From Octopus sinensis (taxonomy: Eukaryota), in assembly GCF_006345805.1 (NCBI RefSeq), contig NC_043015.1:36022001-36086000 (forward strand): 64,000 nucleotides of DNA. The letters run 5' to 3'. Below the pieces are notes generated by a model that saw only the letters and a program-made list of their open reading frames with translations, was not told the origin of the DNA and did no database searches. Both the position numbers and the translations under genes were made by a program. Positions within the stretch are counted from its first letter, which is position 1. Each line of letters starts with the position of its first letter. Below, in pieces: positions 53,116 to 64,000 of this stretch.

Positions 53116-54787
53116 AATGCATAAATGATATGTATCACATTCTGCGACTCTGGAAGAAGAGGCAGGGGCCATTAGTCTTCGCATTTCCTCCTAAATCAGG
53201 TAAGTTTGCGTTTTTTATATTCTTCTTGAATTTCTTCAAATACCGTTGGAAAATATATGAACAGGAAATTCCACAGAACCATTGTTGTTACAAGGAAGGA
53301 AACAGAGTGTGGTGGTCAGTTCGAGGCCTGGTAGGGTGAGGGCCAAAGTAATGAAGCTATCAGGAGTAAAGATAAGTGATCCAGGAATGCTTGAACGGAA
53401 GACATTTGATCCGAGGTCGGCACCAAGCAGCAGAGGTTATTATAATATCAGTAGGAAGGCATGGAAAAGCGGGACATCGAGTCATTTCCTTTGGTGGCCC
53501 TGATAAGGTCTGCAGAGTATTAATAGGTGTTGGGAGCTGAAGCATCATCTGGCCTAGATGTGAAATGAAATATATCAGGATTAGGTCTCAGTTATGATTC
53601 GGTCCCATCTCCACGGCAGCGCCAGCGCGGTCATCATCGTAGAGAGCGGCTGAGCACCTCTCTTGTTCTGGGATATCTGGCCCATCGGCCCCTCTCACTC
53701 ACCCTTCCCCCGGTGTTCCTCCACCTTTTTCTCCATTTCTTTCTCTTCCTTTCTCATCTCTGTTCTTTCTTGTTTCTTTATATCCGTGTGAATCTTCAAA
53801 ATTGTCATTTACTTCGAATAAAATGAACAAGTGTGGTATGGATTAATGCAAACATTCATATAAATCACACACAAACACACACACAAACACACACAGTGGC
53901 ACGCATACAGATACACATGCAAACATACAGACACACACATGCACTCTCACACCCAGATGTACATGCAAACAAACGCACACTCACATACAGACACACGCAC
54001 ATGCGTAAACACATAAACCAGTTCAAACACACAATCATCGAACTTTCGAACCAATGATGGTAACCCCTGACCAGTCATTCGACCTTCTAGATATCGCAGC
54101 AAAAATTTCCTCAAATCATTCTAGAATCTTTTAGAAATTGTATGAAATATTGGATAAATGAAACGTTAAATGCTGTATCTTGATATTAGAGGATATGTTC
54201 TCGGTCGATATTTTCGTAAACGATAACAGTAAAAACAACGATAATAATAATAGCAACAAGGATTGATCCTCTACGCGGTTGATTGAGATCCTCGAAATAG
54301 TAGCGAAATTGTCCTCATTGTATTTGCAAAATGATTTAGAATATTTGAGGGAGTTTTAGCTGCTACATCTAGAAAGCCGTGTAATGCGAGGGAGGTTTCA
54401 ACATTCGGTGTTTTTTGTATGTGGATGTTGTAGAATGTATATATGAGTGTATATATGTAGGTGAGTGCGAATCGGAGCGCTATATATCTAGTCTTAAATA
54501 ATGAAGGCTGTATTGAACAATGTCGTCCCTTAATGTTTAAAAAAAATTGATGGACACGCCTGAACGCATTGAACACCAAGACTGCACCATCAAAACTGAC
54601 CCGAGGTTAAGCAACGCTATCAACAAGCAAAACATAAAGTTAACACCCACAAACATGTAATAGTAGAAGTGATAAACATAAAATCATAACTGAATTAATA
54701 GAAGCGAATTATAAAAGATAATATGCGAATACACACACACACACATATACACACACACTCGTACATAAAACTATGTGTTTTTACGTA

Positions 54788-54818
<31 letters not shown>

Positions 54819-54883
54819 ATAAGAAAGAGAGAGAAGAGAGAATTTAGATACATATATGTATATATATAGATTATATATATATA

Positions 54884-54915
<32 letters not shown>

Positions 54916-55721
54916 AATACACAGATACACACACACAAACATATATATATATATATAAATGTATGCATGTTGTGTGTATGTATGGATGAGATGTAATAAA
55001 TAAATTCAATTTCATAATATAGATATATTGATGTATTCACTACTTTGTCCAAATTCCAGACATTCCAATATTATTCCGTTTTATTAATTGTTTTCTAAAT
55101 ATATTACAGAGATTCACTTAACCCCGCCATGTATGTATGTCGGTATTTTGGTATGGTGTATGTGTGAATATATACATGCGTATATGCATTTACGCCCATA
55201 TATATGCATACATGCTTAGAAAAATAGGTATGTATGCATGTATATATACATGCATAAGTATATATACACATACCTACATATATTTATATGCATATATGTA
55301 TATACATAATATACATATATATGTACATGTGTGTGTGAGTGTGCGTGCGTGTGTGTGTATATATTTACACACATATATATGTAAGTATATGTATATATAT
55401 ATATATGTGTGTATATATATATGAGTGGAGGTGGGGCTGCTTCCACATTTATCACTCTCCTTCCTATTATATATTCGCCCGATGGGGCCCAAATCAAACT
55501 ATTTTGAATAATAATATATGTAGCATGTTCTAAATATGATGAGTGCCTTTTCTTTTCTTTGGTCACTCATACGTATATGTAAATACATACACACGCACAC
55601 GTGTGTGTATGTATGTATATATATATATATATATATATACGAGAAGAAAATGGATGTAACTAACAAGGTGAAAGTCGTCGTTTTTGCTGGTAAGTCTTTA
55701 ATTTAATTGAAAAAAAGGTAT

Positions 55722-55770
55722 CATTTACGATCGTTTCAATTTACTAGTTTCAGTAAATATCTTCAGAATG
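55722..55770 (-). ncRNA. Minimal type I hammerhead ribozyme motif (element ~55640-55835)
   Basis: CAUU-CUGAAGA-UAUUUACUgaaacuAGUAAAUU-GAAA-CGAUCG-UA-AAUG. Perfect stem I, 7-bp stem II, palindromic stem III, GUA site; element flanked by (TA)n. Confidence 0.88.
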
Positions 55771-55835
55771 CGAAAAATAGATTGATACATCGGTCAGAAT
55801 GCGAAAATAATTGATACATAGGGTTAGGGTTACAC

Positions 55836-55868
<33 letters not shown>

Positions 55869-56890
55869 TATATACGTGTATATGTTTGTGCGTGCTAAAA
55901 ACAAATTCAGAAAAGATTTGAAGTGTATATCATGGCAATAAGTAAAACAGCTGGAAATTATTCGCAATTAGCGCCACCTTAGTTTTGGGGTACCATGGGG
56001 GGTAAAGATCATATCACTAGCATTTATATTTTAGTGACCAAGCCAGCATATAGGTTTTCCTTTCGTTATGTTCTTTCTAGGGTTTGCCACTCTAAAATAC
56101 TTATTTGTGAGAGCCATCAATCTAGCTGTGAGTGACCATAATATCATGCTCGAGGAAATGAAATAGAGAGTAAGTTGACCTCAGCAAGATTAGAACGTTG
56201 AATAGTGAAGAATGACGGCTAATCGTTGAGAAGTTCTTTATCCACTGCTCTAGCACTCTGCTATTTCAGACATTGAATATATGTCTGTAATTAGTTTCTT
56301 GGTTGGAATTGGAATTATGGAGAAGTTGAATCGTACCTAGGAAACACTACGAAATTCTCATATCTGCTAGGAATACATGTCGAATGAAATCAAATCAATC
56401 TATCAAAAGACTTCTTCATAAACCAAAATATACATTGGATCGAATACTGAAGTCCAAGATACACATCGAAAGTTGGTTTCACAGGAATAAATTTGGCGAT
56501 ATTTAAGTTGATCGAGAGTCAAACAGCAGCTACAACAGTTTGCCTTGTGGGGTGAAACGAAATACGATAATATAAAGAAAACCAAATTATTAAAACTGTT
56601 ACCAGTAATATAGATGAAGGGGGCAATCCACCATGCCCTTCCCTTAAAATATTCTCCTCGATCTAAAGTGTGTTGCTCTTCCTGGTATTCTGACTGCTAC
56701 ACAGCTATCTTCCTGAAATTGTAGACAACAGTATTAATTAATGCAATCAGCTAATGTAACCTCCTATATATGTACAAATGTGAGATGGGCACGGCTGGAA
56801 AGATTATTATTATTTTACAACAGATCTGTTGATCCAGGATTGAGCTGAGTAGTACTATCCACGGAGAAGACGAAACACTACTGAGAACGA

Positions 56891-56945
<55 letters not shown>

Positions 56946-59066
56946 TTACTACTACTACTACTACTACAGAGCATACATAGTAACAACATTAATAGCAGAA
57001 ACAACTACAACAAAAGCATCGATATCTGACTCGCCCAATGATAACAAAACGAACATAAATAATTAACATAAAATTAAATAAAATACAAAAATATAAAAAT
57101 CAGCAGAAACAAAGAGAATGAATTGAATTTTTGGTTTTCAGTGTTGACAGCTTAATTTTGTTGGTTGGTCTGACGTAGATCAGGCGGAAGTGGTCTGCCA
57201 ACAACACCACTTAGGAGATCAACGTGTAGACAGACATATTAGAGGTGAGATTTAATTTCGTAATATACTGCTTGGTCACGTGGCACAAATTTAACTAGAC
57301 GGCTGCTTCATTAAAAATTAATGAAAACAGCAAATGAGAAGTATATACAAATGTGAGTGTGTATATACACATATGTATCATTTATCTATATGTATATGTG
57401 TGTGTGCGTGTGTGAGTGTGTGCGGACGTATGCCTTTGCTGGTTTGTTAAATACTCTTTTGTATTTACGTGTTGTCTTCTCGAATAAAAGTATGTGTTTA
57501 TGTCTGTGTATGTGTAAATACAACGTATGTGTTTAATTATAAAACATACAGATATTTAAATATCATTGTGAGTACAGAGTGATAACTGGATACACTACAT
57601 CGCGTGAAACCACGAAGTCACTGTCGACAGACACATTTTTAACACAGGTAGATATAGGAATACAAAATGTATACATGTGTGCATGCATGTATGTATGTGT
57701 GTATGTATGTATGTATGTATGTATGTATGTATGTATGTATGTATGTATGTATGTATGTTTGTATGTATGCATGTATGTATGTATGCGTTTTCTGAAAAAG
57801 CCATTAGTGAGAATCTTGTTAAAGAAATAATTTTTCACAGTAAACATTGACTATAGAAAATAGTCTAAGATTGAGGTATGTAAACCCTCGACGTGGGAAT
57901 CGTGGTACATAGGCTGACCGACTGGCGTGGGTTCGATTCCTACGCATACTAATGCCGCCTTTTTTTCCGTTGTGGGTGTATATGCCCTAATGTTAGACTA
58001 TTTTCTATTATCTATATATCTATACAGTAAAAACTATATATATATATAAATATATATATACATACATACATACAAACATACATACATATATACATATACA
58101 AACATACATGCTTACATAAATACACACTGCTTGCAGACAGAGAGTGTAGCGCATAAGTCTACCAGTTCGAAAATTTCCTGAACAAGTTGAACGAATTATT
58201 CAAGTACAAGTTAAATGTATGGACTATTCTGTAAAAAACAAAAAAGATAGGGTAAAAACAAAACATATCCCCACACACAGACACGCACATATATACAAAT
58301 ACACACACACACACATATTTATATATATATAATTTTTGTCTTGTTTTTAACCTAAACAATACCACCTCGTATTCACTATTAATAACGTCGACGCCTGTGC
58401 GGTATATTTACCCGTGTACAAGTGTAATGGGTGGCATTTGATGCCAAGAGATTTAGGATGCTTTATTTTAGTTATTGCAACCGACTTTTTGTGACTAATA
58501 GTGCGTCATGTGATCCTCTTCTTTTGATGTATAATTAGCAATAAATATAAATTACTGAGACTCAGAGGTGTGGTTCTTCATTTCCATTTAACATCGGATG
58601 TGTTGCAAGAAGTGTATCAAATTAATTTGAAATAAGTTTAGGTGCGTCGATATTTAATTAAATACGCATACACACAGACTCATACATACACACACACAAA
58701 CACATATAGTCGCATAGAACGTATACACAAAACATGATTGAAAGTCTAATCTGACCAAATATATATGTATGTATGTACGTATGTATATATATATATATCA
58801 ATATGTAAATATATATGCATAATTTATTCCTTTTGTACCCTCTCTCTCTCTATATATATATATGCAGGATAGGTATGGTGATGCATTACTAGATATATAA
58901 TTTTATTTCTATTGAGCAGAAGGAAGAGGGTGACTCAAGGAACGGGTGGTTCGTTCTCTGATAAGTGCCGACCCACGAAAATCTCAGCCCATCATTCCAA
59001 TATTGCTTCTGATATCTAAATACATATACATGTCTATCTGTCTGTATGCATGTTTATCTGCCTATA

Positions 59067-59097
<31 letters not shown>

Positions 59098-59101
59098 CTA
59101 G

Positions 59102-59176
<75 letters not shown>

Positions 59177-60362
59177 ACTGTTTTTACGGTAATGAGCCAC
59201 GTGTATTATGTACAGACACCGTGTAAGAGATGTTCTCTGATAAAGGAAAACAACAGCGCTCAGCTTATTCGTGTTCAAAAGTGCCAGAAGCTTTTTAGAA
59301 TAAACACGTACGGTATTGTTTGCATTCACACATTTCTGCATGCCCCACCCCGCCCATGATTTGTATAAGCAAGTGCTATACTCTTGTTGGATTCATCAAT
59401 CTCGTGGAATATCTTCAACTGAGGAGCCATAAAATAAATCTGAAGAACTGCAGTGTCTCAAAGATATTTTACATTAATGTAATCACGAGTGTTATTAACA
59501 CACACCATAGAAAACGAAGTAGTGTTCTCCGATGAGGAAAGCGATAGCTGTCATCATATTCACGTTCGAAACTGCCAGAACGTATTAAATATGGATACGT
59601 ATTTACTTGGATTGTCGATGTGATGCGGGTACCTAATGAATTATCAACAGGTAATTAGCTGCTTACTTCAGTTCCTATACAAGATTTATTAAAATATCAG
59701 TAATTTTAATAAGTTTCCCACATGGGTTGTTTCATTTTCCTATTCCTATATATATATTATAATTTTTTAAACTATAAGATCAGCATTTGACCGTTATATG
59801 CAAGTGCCAAAATTCTTGTTTTTATGATCAGAATCCACCGTTGCTGAGCAACATGCACTCATTCCGGTTGGAGTAAACAAATTCTAGATTGTAAGGAATA
59901 TATACACACACACACGTACGTACATATATTGGTGCAGATATACCAAGGTTTGTATCCACGTGGCTTAGGCATTCGGCCCTCTACGTGAAACCTTAGTCAT
60001 GAGGCGTCTACTATACCCTCGGGTCAAATGGTGATTGTGAATAAATATCGGAAACAGCGTCGGCGGCGCTCGGATATACATACATATATGCATAAAACAC
60101 GCACACACATACATACATATGTACATACATACACACACTGCATACGAACATACATGCATACACACATAATGTAGTGTATATCGTTATGTATAAGTATACT
60201 GTAAAGTTTTAATATGTACGTATAATATATAATTTTAATATATATATATATATATAATATTATATATATAATCTCATTCGTATTTAGGGAGAATAATAGA
60301 TCTCATTCGTATATATATATAATATACATATATATATATATATATACATATTTATACATATA

Positions 60363-60396
<34 letters not shown>

Positions 60397-60574
60397 CATA
60401 TATATATATACATATATATATATATACATACATATATATAATATATATATACATACATATATATACATATATATATATATACATATTTATACATATATAT
60501 ATACATATATATATACATATTATACTATATATATGCATATATATACGTACACATTCATATACTATATATATATA

Positions 60575-61126
60575 TATTATTTTAACGATTGAGGATAAAT
60601 CTTTAAAAGAAATTATCAGTAGTTTGCGTGAAAAACCTCGTAAGAAAAAATCCGTAAATTTTTCCACTTTGAAAATATTTATTTATATTATATTTGAGGT
60701 ACTACTATTCGTAGATACACACGCTAAGAGGGACCAATGCGGTCAAAAACTACTAAATAAACAAAATTTTACCGAATGCAAAACTTCAAAACAAATCATT
60801 TAAATTTTGTACCGAAATGCATTGCGAATAAGCCCGCCATTTTCATAGATATGTAAAGATAAACATTCGTACATGCTACGACGAATTCTACGGTTGGCTA
60901 TCGAGCTTGTAACCTTATGTTTTTTCATATATTTCTTGAGTTTGTTGCACTGATGGACATAGAATGCATATTCTGCATTAATTGCGAAATCACAGGTGAT
61001 ATGTAACTAAATTCTTTTTTTGATTTGCTTTGAAGTTTTGCATTCGATAAAATTTTGTTTATTTTAGTAGTTTTGACCGCATTGGTCCCTCTTAGCGTGT
61101 GGTATCTACGAATAGTAGTACCCTCA

Positions 61127-61128
<2 letters not shown>
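60575..61128. mobile_element. Inverted-arm non-coding element related to 63402-64000, with a decayed hammerhead (60945-61006, +)
   Basis: Arms ~60695-60797 and 61021-61128. Shares gcgtgaaaa.cctc.taaga, cgctaagagggac and ccgaaatgca with the 63.4-kb element. UUGCA-CUGAUGG-...-GAAA-UCACagGUGA-UA-UGUAA. Confidence 0.8.
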
Positions 61129-61191
<63 letters not shown>

Positions 61192-61394
61192 CAAGTATAC
61201 TGTTATCTAATTTCTGAGAGGTTTTACTGCCGTTCCTTTATGTAGTTTGACTTCTTTATCCCTCAGTTTCTACCATGTTAGGGATGCGGGTAAAATTAAT
61301 AATAGAGAAAGGAAGATAAAACTTTGGAAACAGCCTAAAGGGAGATAATTGAATGTCAACTTAAGATCGTAATCAGGTAAACTAAATATATCAA

Positions 61395-61523
61395 GTAATC
61401 CAGAATCTTTGTCTGGTACCGGATCGATCCCAAAATCTAATTAGTTCATGCCTGTCACGTGGCCAAACATCCCTGCAAGTTTCATCCGAATCCACAGACC
61501 AATAAACAGACATGACTGAAAAC

Positions 61524-61525
<2 letters not shown>
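61395..61525 (+). mobile_element. Possible Helentron/DINE-like non-autonomous repeat fragment
   Basis: cccaaaatctaattagttc..aagtttcatccgaatcca..acagac..gaaaacaata resembles the aagtttcat..aatc..acagac body of such elements; recalled similarity only. Confidence 0.35.
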
Positions 61526-61620
<95 letters not shown>

Positions 61621-61637
61621 TGATGATAATAATAATA

Positions 61638-62290
61638 AGTACTTATCTCAGGATGTCCTGTGCTAACAGAAAAGGAATACAAAAATCGCCACGATACAGT
61701 TGGACAGTATTTACATTGGAAAATATGTAAACACTACAAAATAAAAAATTCTGCTTCTGACATCGACATAATCCTCAGCAAATGCTTGAAGATAAAAAGG
61801 TCACTATCCTCTCGGATTTTCCAGTCAACACCGACAGAATGATCCAGGCTAATCGACCAGACATAGTCATGAAAGACTATGAGAAAATACTTGTAGATTA
61901 ATAGATGTGTTTCCACTGATAAAAATATATCTGTAAGGGAATTTGTCAAATTAAATAATTATAAAGACCTGGAAATTGAAATCCAAAGTATGTGGCATCT
62001 TAGAACGAAAACTGTTCCTGTTATTGCGGGAGCACTAGCTATGATAAGAAAGGGATATCAAAAACAGCTCTGATAATATTCCAGTAGAACCACGTCCCAG
62101 AGAAATCCAAAGGATGTGCTAAGAAGTACTAGAAAAAAAACCTATCAATTTAAATGTCTGTGTTGTATTACATGAAAATATTTCGCTACTGCTCCTGTCC
62201 CTCCCATCCTCAAGCTTACAGTCATACTGTAACATTTCTTATGGGTGTGTCTCGTCGAGTGATTGTGACAATCATGCAAATTAAAAGTAA
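61638..62290 (+). mobile_element. 5'-truncated R4/Dong-like LINE (RLE domain plus 3' UTR) embedded in (TAA)n
   Basis: LISGCPVLTEKEYKNRHDTVGQYLHWKICKHY..ILSDFPVNTDRMIQANRPDIV..LIDV..DKNISVREF.KL..YKDLEIEIQSMWHLRTKTVPVIAGAL. (TAA)n at 61523-61637 and TAA-rich repeats from ~62290. Confidence 0.9.
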
Positions 62291-62355
62291 TAATACTAAT
62301 TTTAACAACAACAACAATAATAATAATGCTGCTGCTGCTGATGATGATAATAATG

Positions 62356-62401
<46 letters not shown>

Positions 62402-62779
62402 CGACTACGAGCCAGAGTTGCAGAGAACTGAGCGAAGTACGGTTATATCTACACTTCTTATTTATCAGTATATTTGATTGCTATTTTATTTTATTAATTA
62501 TGCTTTATTCACGGTTATTGTATTATATTTTACGCATTCTATGTTCTTCATTTTCGCACAAATCTTAATATTCTTTGCCAGTATATCTTCCACTCATCAT
62601 TAACGCTGTGATCATAAGGAGTGCGTGCCTAAGATCTCTATGCATATCCTGATGCAGTAATGAATGTGTGAGAATGTCCATGTTTGTGCGTGTGTGTGTG
62701 TGTGTGCGCGAGTGTGAGCTTGTGTGTGAATGCGTGAGAGTTTGTGTGTGGTGTGTGTGGTGTGTGTGTATGTGTGTGT

Positions 62780-62824
<45 letters not shown>

Positions 62825-63214
62825 CGTACGTGTGTTTTTCTCTGATCTGCTGCTTTACTCAAGAGAATTAACAAATTATACTTTGCTTATCTGTGCAAAA
62901 AGGACGCTAATAGAATTTCGGGGAGCAGAGAATTCTAAATCTACCTAGCTTCCAATTATGGAAATAAATTTTTCTTAGAACTGATAATGATGTAATCAGC
63001 ATATTACATACACATACATACACACGCACTCACTTATATATTCATATATACACACAAACACACACACTCTCACATATATCACGTAAATATATATTTATAT
63101 ACGTATACGTATATATATTTATGTACGTACAAACATAAAATATATGTATATATATATATATATGTATGCATATATATTTGCATATATACTGATTATGTAT
63201 GTATATGCATATGT

Positions 63215-63247
<33 letters not shown>

Positions 63248-63401
63248 GCATATTATATATATGTATATATATATATATATATATATGCATATTTATATTA
63301 TATATATAACGCATATGTGTTTTATGTAATTATTATATATATATATTATATAGATTATATATATATATATATAATATATATATATAATATATATATATAT
63401 A

Positions 63402-64000
63402 TAGCAATTAAGGACAACTACTTTAAGGAAAACTTAACAAGAAATTGTCAGGTAGATAGCGTGAAAACCTCATAAGAGAAAAATTTCGAAAATAATTATT
63501 TCTTATTGAACATATTAATTTATATATAGAGGGCATTATACATACATGCCAGATGGCATTATACATACATGCCACGCGCTAAGAGGGACAATTAGTCATT
63601 TCTACCAAAAATATTACTAATCCCACCGAATGCAATTTTTCAAAGTAAGACATTTAAAAAATATAGACCTGTATCACCAATTATTTTCGAAATTTTTTCT
63701 CTTATGAGGTTTTCACGCTATCTACCTGACAATTTCTTGTTAAGTTTTCCTTATTAAGTAGTTGTCCTTAATTGCTAAATTTTTATTCCGAAAAAACTTT
63801 TCCTTTCCCGAAATGCAATTCGTAAAAGTCTGACATTTACAGGATGTAATATATGTAAACTCACCCATGTGCTTCGTGGATGTTGATCAGTTGGCTGATC
63901 GGCTTAAGCAAGGCAGGGTCGTTATGTATGATACATCAGACCTGCTGATGAATACGTAATTATGAAATCTGTGATACAGGTCTATATTTTTTAAATGTCT
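63402..64000. mobile_element. Non-coding inverted-arm plus partial-tandem element (continues past the window end)
   Basis: 63402-63497 is the reverse complement of 63679-63777, and 63648-63677 is the reverse complement of 63971-64000; starts at (TA)n. Confidence 0.85.
63938..63983 (+). ncRNA. Canonical-core minimal type I hammerhead ribozyme motif
   Basis: AGACCUG-CUGAUGA-AUAcguaauUAU-GAAA-UCuguGA-UA-CAGGUCU. Perfect 7-bp stem I; AUA site. Confidence 0.88.

Noticed and set aside
55819-55833. Telomere-like tagggttagggtta
   Set aside because: Only about two units; too short to call an interstitial telomere.
58960-58995. CUGAUAA-GUG..CAC-GAAA motif
   Set aside because: Uncompensated G8A, with weak stems I and III; not counted as a hammerhead.

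Overview
AT-rich, extremely microsatellite-dense eukaryotic DNA with no confidently callable host protein gene. The repeat content (tRNA-headed SINEs, (TA)n/(CA)n/(TATC)n/(TAA)n) is typical of an octopus genome; that assignment is an inference. Nearly all ORFs in the supplied track are translations of simple repeats. The real coding remnants are all transposon-derived: a Penelope-like GIY-YIG endonuclease (35728-36270, -), R4/Dong-like LINE pieces, RTE and CR1-like 3' ends, a decayed Chapaev3-like transposase, a mariner fragment and a fold-back DD41D element. The main signal the ORF track misses is about 10 intact or near-intact, plus several decayed, minimal type I hammerhead ribozyme motifs (stem I-CUGANGA-stem II-GAAA-palindromic stem III-NUH-stem I) from several unrelated families. 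They sit in short non-coding elements inserted in microsatellites, often with an inverted arm or head-to-tail partial tandem. This fits Penelope pseudo-LTRs or retrozyme-like elements. Several carry unusual core variants (U3-A8 swap, U-U at 10.1/11.1, GCA triplet with a ~100-nt loop II). All motif calls were made by eye; none has been tested computationally or biochemically.
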